From the NCBI GenBank assembly GCA_000004985.1, contig GG738896.1: a stretch of 64,000 nucleotides of DNA. One strand, 5' to 3'. Both the position numbers and the translations under genes were made by a program. Shown piece after piece: positions 32,461-43,933 of this stretch. Source of the stretch: Naegleria gruberi. Its lineage: Eukaryota. Numbering within the stretch: the stretch's first letter is position 1; the number at the start of each line of letters is the position of its first letter. The notes beneath the pieces were generated by a model, which was given only the letters and a program-made list of their open reading frames with translations, made no database searches and was not told the DNA's origin.

Positions 32461-33111
32461 ATGTATTCTTCATCGTCATCACTGCCAGATTTTAAAAAGT
32501 CGAACAAATCATCATGCTTATCAACTGGTCAATGTGAAACCCAACTGATTCATTGTTCATCTTCTTGGTCCACCATTCTCACATCCTGTAACAATAGCCA
32601 CAAGAGTCTCCAACAACAATTCCCACCATGTAAAAATACTACTACTCATTCACCAGAAAAACAGCAGCAATTACCATCAATGCACCAAAATGCAGCATTC
32701 AACAATCAACAAACACTTCCTGGATCTTCCATCTACTTTCAAAAAGACACAACACCAATGAAAAGATTGCCATCATTTCAATCCCTTCTCTTTAATATCA
32801 GTTTGGACTCTCAGGGATTTCCTGAATCGCTTCCTTCCCTTAATTCTTCTATTTTGAATAATATCTCTCCTCATGTAGACGCAACATGTACAGACACAAC
32901 CTATTCAAATAAGGACCTTACATGTGAAATTAGTTCATCATCAACATCATCACTTGAACGTGATACTGTAGTAGTGAGAGAGGTCCTCCCAACGTATAAT
33001 TGGATCAATTTCCTCATTATTTATAAATCCCATATGGGAGTTAAATTTTGTGATGTAATCTGTGGTAATGTGTTGTGGCATTTTTTTGTAATATGTATAG
33101 AACAAGAGTAA
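32461..33111 (+). CDS. Low-complexity S/T/Q/C-rich hypothetical protein; coding status uncertain
   Basis: Real ATG. 216-aa ORF in a locally C-rich region. No domain, so weak support. Confidence 0.25.
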   Translation: MYSSSSSLPDFKKSNKSSCLSTGQCETQLIHCSSSWSTILTSCNNSHKSLQQQFPPCKNTTTHSPEKQQQLPSMHQNAAFNNQQTLPGSSIYFQKDTTPMKRLPSFQSLLFNISLDSQGFPESLPSLNSSILNNISPHVDATCTDTTYSNKDLTCEISSSSTSSLERDTVVVREVLPTYNWINFLIIYKSHMGVKFCDVICGNVLWHFFVICIEQE

Positions 33112-33230
33112 TTACAAATTTACTAAATCGGAATAGTCTTTCTAATTTAATAAATACATCCCTTTATTTTTGTAATATGTGATTCTTCAAGTCCATATAT
33201 AAAAGGGAGAAAGGCACCATTTGTGAAAAC

Positions 33231-35273
33231 TCAATACGAATTAATATCAATGTTTATTGCAAGATTTTCATCTTGTTGTGAATTGGAATGTAGGCAGAGT
33301 GATATTTCTCTCATTCTCTCATTGAATTTTTCAATAAATTGCTCCTTATCTATTGCTTTAGTGAAATAGACTGAATTATTCGAGTTATTATTGTGCTCTC
33401 CATAAAATTCATCGACGAGAGGATTTACTTTACATGCCCTTTCTAAAAATGATGGTCTGTTATTATTCCAACGATTTTTCCTATAGAGGAAATGTGTAAA
33501 TCTTGTGTATAATTGAAAATTCTCTTTCTTTTCCAGAATTTTCAGACAAGTTTCCTCATCCAAATCAGAACAATCATTAAATGCCAGGTAAGCAGATGGA
33601 TTTTTGAATAGATATATTTTCTTAATTTCACGTGGAATCGAGTTGCAATAAAGGTAGAGATTGTGTTTCGTAACACATTCTTCTAGAAATTCTAGGTCAG
33701 CAAAGATTGGATGTGTTGATAAGTCACTGATCAAAAATAAACACTTTGGGGATACCTTGATCAAATCACAATCTAATTTCAAAGTTTCACTAGCAAATGA
33801 AAATGATTGAAAATCCTGCTCAACCGCTTTCATCACTACTTCCTTGTCGTTCCAAAAATGTCTAAGGTATTGTAGTGAGCTACCAAATTTCCCAACACAT
33901 CTCAATGCAAAATTCTTATTTTGCTTAATCTCATGAGATGAATGAATAATCAAGTGAAATAGCCCTCCTGGAGTGACGCAATAATCAATCAGTAATGTTA
34001 CTTGTTCTAAGTTTGATCTTATTTCTATGGAAGCATATCTAAAGAGTTGAGGATTCAACCTCATGCATCCCTTAATCATTTCAAAATCATTTTGACAGCT
34101 TTCATCGAAATATTTAGATGGTTTTTTCAGTTTGGACATCATTTCTCTAATTAAATTTCTGTCTGTTGAATAGAGTCTTAATGCCTCTTCTATTGATTCA
34201 TTTGGGGCTAACAGCATTACATCCTTGTCCAGTCTGTATTCAGAATCTAAGGGAATCAATAAATAGTTTTTTGGATTATAGTTGATTAAACTAATTACAA
34301 AATCTTTAGATGGAATATCAAATTTGATATTCTCTTCTAGCAATCTTGAATAAAAATACATGTCACTCCTCAAATTAGATCCAATATATTGGAGAGTATC
34401 TGTAGATTTCTTAACAGCCTCAAGTGCCCAAACAGACATATTCCTCAAATTTTCCGTTGCAAATTGATATGCATTTACATTATTAGAAAGGGCTATTTCT
34501 ACAAAGGACCATTCGTTTCTTAATTTCCCTGAAGCAAATCTCAAATTCATTCCATCAAACTCAATAAATTCTTTCATAAATTCTTGGTTTCCTCTCAATG
34601 AATAACTAGCCCTAGATAAATCCACCTGTTCATATTGATTTGCATTAATCAAACAACCATACATTTCCATAAAATCCTCATCGTTAAGAATAATATCCTT
34701 TGTTCGTTCTTCCTCCAATCTGTCATATCTTTCCAATACTATAGCTCCATATTTTGATGAGAGAATTTCACGCTTTTCACTCTCATCCAAATTCTCAAAA
34801 TTATCAAGGAATTTTCTCGATACTTTCTCCATCAATTCAATTTCCTTTGTAAAAGAAATTGCTGAAAGTTTCGCAAACAGAGTAAAATTATTTTCCACAA
34901 TTTTGTAAATTAATTCTTCATCCTTCACATTCAAAGGATAGATTCTAAATTTTTGCAACATTCTTTTTGCAAATTCTACATCATTGGCAGCCACTATCGG
35001 ATACGGATTGATAAAGTTCAAACCAAGGTGACTCGTAATTATTTCATAAATTCTCGCATCACAAATAAATTCAATCGGAGTGAGTTTACTAATTGGAGCA
35101 TAATTTCTCATGAATTGCAATTGATCTTGGAGAGAACTTTCATAGGTGGCTGCTCCTTTTTGTTGATTGAAAAACCTTCTTGTGAGCAAGGTGTGAAAAT
35201 AATTATTGGGCTCAAAATCTAACACAGTAAAAACAATCGACATTTTTTTTGATATTGAAATTAATTTATTCAT
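33231..35273 (-). CDS. DUF4116-repeat protein
   Basis: Repeated ..LRFASGKLRNEWSFVEIALSNN..AYQFATENLRNMSVWALEAVKKSTDTLQYIGSNLRSD.. and ..LQYLRHFWNDKEVVMKAVEQDFQSFSFASETLKLD.. match the DUF4116 pattern AL.yAs.eLrnDkevvl.Av. Confidence 0.5.
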   Translation of the reverse strand: MNKLISISKKMSIVFTVLDFEPNNYFHTLLTRRFFNQQKGAATYESSLQDQLQFMRNYAPISKLTPIEFICDARIYEIITSHLGLNFINPYPIVAANDVEFAKRMLQKFRIYPLNVKDEELIYKIVENNFTLFAKLSAISFTKEIELMEKVSRKFLDNFENLDESEKREILSSKYGAIVLERYDRLEEERTKDIILNDEDFMEMYGCLINANQYEQVDLSRASYSLRGNQEFMKEFIEFDGMNLRFASGKLRNEWSFVEIALSNNVNAYQFATENLRNMSVWALEAVKKSTDTLQYIGSNLRSDMYFYSRLLEENIKFDIPSKDFVISLINYNPKNYLLIPLDSEYRLDKDVMLLAPNESIEEALRLYSTDRNLIREMMSKLKKPSKYFDESCQNDFEMIKGCMRLNPQLFRYASIEIRSNLEQVTLLIDYCVTPGGLFHLIIHSSHEIKQNKNFALRCVGKFGSSLQYLRHFWNDKEVVMKAVEQDFQSFSFASETLKLDCDLIKVSPKCLFLISDLSTHPIFADLEFLEECVTKHNLYLYCNSIPREIKKIYLFKNPSAYLAFNDCSDLDEETCLKILEKKENFQLYTRFTHFLYRKNRWNNNRPSFLERACKVNPLVDEFYGEHNNNSNNSVYFTKAIDKEQFIEKFNERMREISLCLHSNSQQDENLAINIDINSY

Positions 35274-35364
35274 GGTGAGATTGATCGTGGAATGGTTTCG
35301 ATCAATAGAGATGACAGTTCCATAAATTGAGTTTAAAAAAATACCATTCCAGGAATATATTTCT

Positions 35365-37326
35365 TTAAAAGCTATTGTAAAATAAATATTCTGATCTATT
35401 TGTCATTTGGCTAATATTACTCATCAAGTTAACACCGTAATCAGTCATGTCATTATTAGAAACATCAAAGATATTATAATGTCTCAAACTTTCCACATTC
35501 TCTGAGAAGACCTCAGCTCCTCTATCACAGATATTGTTATCATACAATACAAGGATGGAAAGATTTGGCAAACCACTCTTGCTCACAATGTATTGTGCTG
35601 ATATTGCTGTAATGGTGTTACCACAACAAAACAATGAGACTAAATTATTAAGATAAATGCTGGAACAAAGCAGTTGAATGCAATCATCATCAATAATATT
35701 CTTGAAATTTTGAATTTCCTGAGAGTTACCCAAATTAAGGTAGGCCAATTTTGACATGGTCTTACAGGATGTCAAGTACTTCACTCCATCTATTCCAATA
35801 CCATTATTTTCCACATCCAAACTTCTTAGGTTGCAACAGTTTGTACATATATTGTAAAGGCCCTCATTTCCAATGTTATTGTCACATAATATCAATTGGC
35901 TCATGTTTCTCAAGATGGTGCTATTAAAAATAGATGGAAAGCCAGTTAGTGAGCAGGAGAACATTTTCAATTTTCTCAATTTCTTCAATGATTCGGATTT
36001 GAATAAAGAACTCATCATTTCCAATGTTATTACAGAACAGTCATTCACTTCAATTTCTTCAAGATTTCCCAATACCTTACTCGTACCAATTTTTTCAAAT
36101 AGTTCATTATCTATGAGTGTAAATATTTGGAGAGACTTGGTTGTTCTAAAAAAATTATGGGAGAAGGAGTGTATTGAATGAATACCAAATTTAGGACAGT
36201 AGGCTTGAATCTTCTCCAAATCATCTAAACAATCTAGCCCGTTAGGATAATATGAAAACAATAATTCCATGCCCTTCTCCTTACTAGTATTGAGTGCTTT
36301 AACAGAAGAATTCAATGAATGAAACCAATTATTTCCCAATAACGAGAATAGTTTCAAATTTTCAAACTTATCAATTAATAATTGACATGTTTCGTGTGCT
36401 ATAAAATTTGATTCCAAAATTAGCTCCTCTAAATTTCTCAATGTAAAGCAATCATTTAAAACTAGAAAGTCTTGGCCAAGACGATTTTTGCTCAAGTTCA
36501 AATATTTCAGATTTGAAAGCTTATTCAAAAGTGGGATAATGTCATATTTTTTCAATGAACATTGAATAAGTGATAAGCTTGTGATAGTATTGTTCTCTAC
36601 ACAAGCATTGCAATAATCTTCTATCCGTTTGTATTCTGTATCCTCAAATAACAATCTTTCTAATTTGCAAATTAGTGTAGAGGTTTGAGAAATCTCAGTA
36701 ACACTTGAACCATTACCCAAACTCGCACTGAAATCTCTCAAATTATTAAAAGCAGAATGATAAAATATATTATCCAAAGTTTTCGTTGTAATTCTATTAC
36801 TTCTGACATCCAATTTTGTAAGATTTTGCAAATTCTTGCACGATGTAAGTAATTCCATCATGTCATCATTTAGAGAACAATTCATTAATTCCAAACTTTC
36901 AAAAGTCAATGTCAGTTTTTCATCGCTTAACAAACAATTTAAATTCTGCCAATCCAACACCACATAATTCAAACACAAATGTCTCAAGCTTTGCAATCTG
37001 CTTGTCAACGTTTCAAAATGACAATAATCTATACAATTAAATGACAAATTCAACATTTTAACTTTCTTGAAAATCAACCACTCATCCATCCTATTACCAA
37101 TCAAATCATAAGCTCCTCCGTCACCATCATCATAACATAAGAAATTATTTTCGTCTTTATATAAATTACCAGAAAAATCAAATTTCCATTCCAATCGTTC
37201 AGTGATGATTTTGTAAAATTGTGATGAAATAGAAACATAGGATTTCAAGGTTTCCGGTGAGATGAATGTAAAAATTGAATAAATGACATCATCAGGAAGG
37301 TATGTTTGGTCTTTCATTTTTTTGAA
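35365..37326 (-). CDS. F-box / LRR (RNI-type) protein
   Basis: The first ATG is at about 37326 (aaaaaaATGAAAGACC). The track's start at 37440 is a GTG. N-terminal F-box LPDDVIYSIFTFISPETLKSYVSISSQFYKIITERLEW, then LRR_RI repeats. Confidence 0.65.
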   Translation of the reverse strand, partial: FKKMKDQTYLPDDVIYSIFTFISPETLKSYVSISSQFYKIITERLEWKFDFSGNLYKDENNFLCYDDGDGGAYDLIGNRMDEWLIFKKVKMLNLSFNCIDYCHFETLTSRLQSLRHLCLNYVVLDWQNLNCLLSDEKLTLTFESLELMNCSLNDDMMELLTSCKNLQNLTKLDVRSNRITTKTLDNIFYHSAFNNLRDFSASLGNGSSVTEISQTSTLICKLERLLFEDTEYKRIEDYCNACVENNTITSLSLIQCSLKKYDIIPLLNKLSNLKYLNLSKNRLGQDFLVLNDCFTLRNLEELILESNFIAHETCQLLIDKFENLKLFSLLGNNWFHSLNSSVKALNTSKEKGMELLFSYYPNGLDCLDDLEKIQAYCPKFGIHSIHSFSHNFFRTTKSLQIFTLIDNELFEKIGTSKVLGNLEEIEVNDCSVITLEMMSSLFKSESLKKLRKLKMFSCSLTGFPSIFNSTILRNMSQLILCDNNIGNEGLYNICTNCCNLRSLDVENNGIGIDGVKYLTSCKTMSKLAYLNLGNSQEIQNFKNIIDDDCIQLLCSSIYLNNLVSLFCCGNTITAISAQYIVSKSGLPNLSILVLYDNNICDRGAEVFSENVESLRHYNIFDVSNNDMTDYGVNLMSNISQMTNRSEYLFYNSF

Positions 37327-37562
37327 ACTTTTCGAGCTTGATATCTTGAGTTTAAAATCTATTTTAAATTTAAATTCTAAATATTTGGGTTTCCCAGTTT
37401 CTTGTTGTAAAGGGATAATAAATGGTGAAATATTACTCACCCATCAACCAATCAGTGACTAAGTGAAGCACTGACAAAACCAAATAACCTTAAGAACCAC
37501 AGCTCATTTCAACAAGTCCAAAACCAATCAAAAAAACAAAGACACAACAATTAAACTGAACA

Positions 37563-37721
37563 ATGGCCAAGTGTGACTGGTGTAGTTTCAATGCTTCAAC
37601 TTTGGGTTCAATCTCTTGTAAGAATGGTTGCTCTCACAAGGTTTGTCCTGGATGTAAGAGTTCTCCTTCTGGAAAGGTTGGATTGAAATGTCCAACATGT
37701 GGTAAACCAGCTGGTTGGTAA
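37563..37721 (+). CDS. 52-aa cysteine-rich small protein (zinc-ribbon-like CxxC pairs), below the ORF-track cutoff
   Basis: MAKCDWCSFNASTLGSISCKNGCSHKVCPGCKSSPSGKVGLKCPTCGKPAGW*. It lies in the 390-nt gap between two minus-strand genes and is preceded by a CA-rich leader. Confidence 0.3.
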   Translation: MAKCDWCSFNASTLGSISCKNGCSHKVCPGCKSSPSGKVGLKCPTCGKPAGW

Positions 37722-37827
37722 TTGAATCTGATGATCAATATGACAAGAATTGTAAATAAAGTTTCTTCTTTATCTAAACTGTTGGAAAGTATTTTAAATA
37801 GTTTTGTAAAAAATTGTGGAGTGATAT

Positions 37828-40800
37828 TTAGGCCTTAGTAGCACATTTTGTTCCTTTCCATCCCTCATTACACGAACACTTTCCATCAGTAATGCAAATT
37901 CCATGTTTCGAACAAACCAATGGATTCGAAGCTCCATAACCAAAACAAACGAATTCTGTCGTTTCACATTCATTTCCAATTCTTCCTAGAGGACAAGCAC
38001 ATGTATCTGGACTAGTACAATTACCAACTCCACTACAAACTAATCCACTTACAATTTTTCCATAACAAATTGGTAAGGAACATTGAGTAGCTCCATAACC
38101 AGAGTTACATAGACAAGTATCAGGAGATATGCATTGACCTCGATTGGTACAATTCAGGGAACAGATTGGAGTGTTACAAGTTTCACCAATCCATCCTTGG
38201 TTGCATTGACATGTGAAAGGAGCTGTACAGTTGCCATTACCATTGCAAGATTGAGCACAGAATGGTGGTTCGTAAATTCGTTGATGGAGAGCATCAATAT
38301 CTGGATCAGAAACTGAATCACCACAAACAGATTGAAAACCTGAAATGTCAGAAGGTAAAATTGGACTTGATGTCAAGTTGGCATCTGTCATTTGGGCATA
38401 TGATTCAGTAATGAAACGAACATCATCCATAATAAACTCTCTATAATCCAATGTGATGTCATCAACTGGTTTTTGCATAAAGGTTACTCTTTGAATTGAG
38501 TTCAAACCTGTTTGATTTGTGAAAGGAATGTCACTAACTGGAATTCTGACACGAGTTACTCTTGTGTGATCAATCTTGAAATGTTGAATATACTTTGGAT
38601 CAATGTAAATTGCTGGAATATCAGTGAATGCAGTATTCTTAATTTCAGAAAAGAAAATATTCAAATTTAATTGACCTTCAGAAATGGATTGGATAAAGAA
38701 TTCGAAATATCTAAATTTAGAAAGGTCAATTAATTGAACAGGGCCTCCTTTAGTATAACTTTTAGTAATCTGAACTTTACCCATTCCCATTCCAAATCTA
38801 ATACTTGTACTTCCACAAATTGCTGCGGTTGAGTAATCTTTCTGAGCTAGTGGAACATCTTGTTTGGCTACAGTTTGTAAAACCCATCCAGTTTGAGTTG
38901 AGATATCAGTCGATTCACTGTAGAACTTGAACATGTCATCAGAAGAAATAGCTCCACATGGTTGACTGGCAGAAATTGAAATAGGAAGTGAACATCTTGG
39001 TGTACCAAATTGAGTAATACCATTGTTACAAAATAATTGGGCTCTCAAATGACCATTTGGATTAGTACTTGTTCTCAACAAGACGAAAACTTCTCCCTTC
39101 AAAAGTGAGATAATTTCATCATATGAAAAATCCATTGAAAATCTTGAAACTGAATAAGGACTTGGATAAATTGATGGTTCTTGTAAAAATCTGACAATTT
39201 CACCAATTTTACCAATTCCAACTTGAATTTGAGTTGCTAAATGAGATAGATCATGATAAACTGTAAAATCAACTGTTCTCTTATTTGCTAATAAGCCAGC
39301 AAGAACTTTACCGTTTCCTCCAGCATTGATCATGCTTGAGCTTACTTGGCAAGGTTGTAAAATTCCAGAGAATCTTTCTTCAAGAGTTACCTTTTTGATT
39401 CTATCAATGCTTGCGGTTGGGAAATCCCAATTATAGACTTGACAATTATTATTTGGACATGTGGCAGTGATTGAAAACTTGGTGGAATAACCAGTATATA
39501 GAGAATATTCATCATAATATTCAGCAAAGGCAGTTCTTCCACCAGTGTTCTTAAAATGCAAGAATAAATGTTCAGTTTGATTTTCATAGAAATAAGAATT
39601 TGGGTTGACCATTAAATCGTCAATAGAATTGACACGAGGCAATGCTCTCTGACTCATTGATGCTGTTTCATATCTGATATCGAGAACGGCAGTTCTTGGA
39701 TATTGAACAGCTAATACAATCCAATCATTATTTGCAATCGATCTCAAATAATATTGCAAGTCATTTGGAGTTCCAATATTTAAGGCCCATCTCAATACAT
39801 AAACATTCTTCAAAACTAAATTAGAATCCATCCAGAAACCTCTTGTTCCCATATTCCATCCATGTACTTGATCATATTTACCAGGATTAGAAGTATCGTG
39901 AATGAAAAGTCTTGGCATTTTAACAGTCAACTTGTTAAGGTTGGGATCACTTCCAAGAGGTGAACTAGTTGAGAAACCTGCATAATTGACAAGAGTTAAA
40001 GCACCGTAACCTTCTTTAAAGACAGGACAATTATAACTATTCCAATCTGGTTGAGCATTACAACCTGGAACAGTCAAGAAAGAATTATTAGAAACTGACC
40101 ATCCCCCTCCGGTGAATCCTGTCTTACTTCCATCAGTATCCAAAACAGTCATACCTCTATTACCATCTGTAGGTGCTTCCAAGTAGAATGCACTGTTTGA
40201 ATTTACAAAAGTCAAATTTCTCAATCTTCCTCCAGTTTCGTATTTGAAATTAGCATTTGACAAGTTTGTAATAGCTCCTGCCTTTCTATACGAATTGGAC
40301 TTGTAATTTCTAAATACGGTATTTCTTACGTAGGAAGGTCCTCCATTATCATAAAACTCATATGCCTTAAACTCCTCAGTGTTAGAGAAGAAACCAGGAT
40401 AGGAACGTGAAACATCAATGCCAGCTCTGTAAGTCTCGCCTACATTATCACTTTCCGCCTCAAATACTGAATCTTCCACAACACTTGGTTCACCAGCGAC
40501 ATCAATACCAATTCTAGAGTCACCAACAAACATATTTCTCAAAGTAATTGTGTCTGCTCTCAACCACAAAGCCCACTTTCTAATTTTGAAAGCAACAAAG
40601 TTTTCAATAATGCTTTCAACGATGGGTTTACTTTTTGAGCCACGAACTGGATAAGGAGGTTCTACAGGAACCCAGGTGTCATTTTCAGGAAATCCATTGA
40701 CATCTACAAAGTCATCAATGTGAAGACCGACATGATTAGCAGAGTGAACAACGTTATTCTTGAATGAACCAAGTGGAAGCATTCTAGGTCTAATCAATGT

Positions 40801-42263
40801 GGTATTGGCATATTTATCTTGAACTAGACCGATAGCATACTCTGGAAGTGAAAACCAATAGCCAAATTTACCACCAATAGCTCTGTTTCCCTCAAAATAA
40901 TTCATTGCCTTTTGTTGTGTAAGAATTGTGTAAAATTAAGGAATTACTTACATTGGTAATCCAGAAAACTGATACATCGTTATCTGTAGGTATTATTTGA
41001 AGCGGGTCTGAATCGATAATTGGTAAAACTTTAGCTCCCAAATTATTTTTGAACAAGTTGTACATTTCTGATCCATTTTCCAAGAAAAAGGCATGTCCAT
41101 TGATATTATAACAAACATTATTCTCAATTTGAATATAATTTGAATCATGAACAGTGATACATCTTTGATAAGAATTATAAATACTGTTATCCTTTAGAAT
41201 AAAAGGTTTGACAGTAGAGTTCAATGCCTTATCTCCTAATAAGTGAAAGTGAATTGAATAACGTCCCATTAAACCCTTTAAAATATAATTGTTAATCATT
41301 ATAATTCAATAGAATAAACTCACCTTTTGTCCCATTCGTCTCAATTCCACACCAACCATTTCGAATTGTTCAACAAGACGAATGATAACATGACCACCAA
41401 ATGAAGAAGAAGCACTGGATACATCCCCTTCAAACACAATATTCCTATTGAGTTTGGCAACTTCTCCTCTTGTAACTCCACTTGCATAGTGAGTGAACAA
41501 GAGTGTTTGGTTGACTATAAAAGTAGTCGAGTTAATAATTGAAACAATGGTTCTTTCCTCACTCTGATCAGGAAATGGAACACCAACTCGCCAAGTTGGA
41601 AGGGTGACTTTAGTTTTATCTAGAAGTTCTCCGTAATCTGTCGAGGTCAATAAGATGGAATCGCCAACTTTCCAATTGGTTGGAGAACGAGTCTTGATAA
41701 TGGTTGTTCCTTTGACGGCACTTTCAGCCAATTCTACCCAAGATAAACCATCAACAGAACCAACGATTTGAATGAAAGAACCTGAACAAGATGTAAAATT
41801 CATTCAAATGTCAAAACTTACCTGACATGGCAGCAAGACCTTTGGCTCCACCACTACTTCCATCAAATGGATCAATTCCAATAATATTGGAAGCAGTTCT
41901 ATTTCCATAGAAAGTAACCACAATTTTACCAGTAATTGGACAACTAGAGCTGCCAGCAATCAATTTACCTCCCTTGTCAACTCTAATAAATTGGAGAGTC
42001 AAATTTAAATTGACATTGTTAAATATCAAGCTTGCATTTTGTTGGACAATAATTCCATACAACAAAACACCAGGTGACTTATCCAAAAGCGTATTTTGTG
42101 AAATGGTAATGGTAGAATTGACCTTGTTCCAATCAGCAATCGAAGAAAACATTTTCAAGCCAGATTGTTGATGTGGACATTGACCAACTACCATCTTTAC
42201 ATTTCCAGCTACTAAAAACAAGATAGTTATTAGTAGAATAGTTTGTAAGAAACGGTTTAACAT
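37828..42263 (-). CDS. Secreted G8-domain / right-handed beta-helix (PbH1) protein with C-terminal EGF-like modules (CEMIP/TMEM2/PKHD1-like architecture); 4 exons (about 42263..41832, 41791..41324, 41275..40952, 40908..37828)
   Basis: Signal peptide MLNRFLQTILLITILFLVAGNV. G8 domain in exon 1. Beta-helix segments (IHFHLLGDKALNS.., NNVCYNINGHAFFLENGSE). C-terminal Cys-rich EGF-like modules (CNGNGNCTAPFTCQCNQGWIGETCNTPIC..). Introns are gtaagt..ttcag (40 nt), gtgagt..ttaaag (48 nt) and gtaagt..aaaag (43 nt). All phases were checked against ORFs 41811.., 41306.., 40892.. and 37828... Confidence 0.7.
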
Positions 42264-43071
42264 TTTTTTTTGATAATCTTTGAGTTGACTGTCTCAGTTC
42301 AATGTGACTAGATTGAAATTGTTCCACAATGAAAAATAACAAGCACTTTCTAGTATGAACTTGTCCAGAACTTGAAAGAATTAGTACCTGCCATATCAGA
42401 TATTCTGTATTTGTTAAAATCTTTGATAAGCCAAATCTTTTGAACTCCAAAACTGAACTCATCAACAAGCATTGTGAACATTTGCAATATTACAATTAAC
42501 TAATTTACAATTCTGTACAGAGTTTCAACACCGAACTCAAGTGAATATTTTGTATCAGAGAGCAGTTTCCTTCAAGTTAGATAGAACTTGGATACATTCG
42601 AGGAGCTTTACAAAATAGAAATGCTCTCAACTGTGAGAAGTATTTTTCAATAGGAGATAGAATTACTTTCATTGTGTAGATGAATCTTGGCTGATGTTCT
42701 CCCTTTGCTTGTAGCATGATGAAGGTTGGTATTTGGCAGGGTGATATCATGTTTGTTGTTTTTTTGTTGAAAATTTAACGGTCAGAACAGGCAATTTTCA
42801 GCGGTTTTTTTGTTAGAGAGAAATTGCAGGACTGTCTACTGAAGAAAATCAACATTTATGAGTTTATGTTTTTTATTAACAAACTTTGAATTTTCTCAAA
42901 TAAATTGGTTAGACGAAGTACAAGTATTTTCATCTTAGGCCAGTTTCAATATTCATTGTAAAGTTGGCATTCAAAATATTTTTAGATTTTATTTTTAGAT
43001 TGTAGCTTCATGTTAAAAGTAGCAAATGTACAACCTTGAATTTGAAACAAAAGAAGAACAACAATAACACA

Positions 43072-43464
43072 ATGGTCGTCCAATACCAAACTTCCGATAA
43101 TCAATACTTAATCATTGTTGGTGAAAACGCCAAGGAAAACGACAAAATTCGTCAAGAAGCCTCTCAAAATGATTTGTGGTTTCACTTGGAAGATGTATCA
43201 TCACCACACGTAATTTTGAAACCAAATAATAGTTCATCATCCTCATCGTCATTTCCTGCCCAGGCTATTTATTATGCCGGCGTGTTGTGTAAAGCCTACA
43301 GTAAACAAAAGGCCACACAAACTTCATCCGTTATTTATGCACCAAGAAAATCAGTCAAAACTGTAAAGGAAATTGACGGGAGAGTTGAAGTGAAAGGACA
43401 TGTGGAGAAGATGAAGGTTTATCGGGATGATACTATCAAGGAAACATTGAAGAAAGTTGTTTAA
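43072..43464 (+). CDS. CCDC25 / NFACT-R (DUF814) family protein
   Basis: MVVQYQTSDNQYLIIVGENAKENDKIRQEASQNDLWFHLEDVSSPHVIL..VIYAPRKSVK aligns with human CCDC25 ([49 protein letters not shown]). Start is at the first ATG; the track's 43036 is a TTG. Confidence 0.65.
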   Translation: MVVQYQTSDNQYLIIVGENAKENDKIRQEASQNDLWFHLEDVSSPHVILKPNNSSSSSSSFPAQAIYYAGVLCKAYSKQKATQTSSVIYAPRKSVKTVKEIDGRVEVKGHVEKMKVYRDDTIKETLKKVV

Positions 43465-43933
43465 ATAATTCAAAATAGAACATGTAGACATTAGAAAACT
43501 ATTGTTTAACAATTACTTGATGGTCGCTACTACCAATAAGCAAAATTATAAGATGAAAAGTTTTTCAACAAAAGCCTTCGGAAACTAGTAAATTCATCAC
43601 AGGAAAAAATACTAAAATCTGTATGCACTAGAAAAAAAGATATTCCCTTTGAATATATTTATGATGATCCAAAATAAAATAGAAGGAAGATGAATACAGT
43701 ATCCTCACAGATGTATTAAAATATTGTGTTGCTATTAAATAATAGAATAATTGTGGTATACACTTCGTGCCTTCATAGTATACTTCTGTGAAGGTAAGTC
43801 GCCTTTCCTATTTGGTGCGATATGCCAGCTTTAATGAAGCAACATATTTCAAAGTGTCATCCATCTGTGCATGGACTTCTCCAAATTCGATTTCATTTGT
43901 CAACTGGCCTGAACATCATTTGAAACAAAAAAA

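Noticed and set aside
37794-37979. 61-aa ORF overlapping the 3' end of the G8/EGF gene on the same strand in another frame
   Set aside because: It is contained within the terminal EGF-module coding region and its 3' flank. It is a frame-shadow of Cys-rich sequence.
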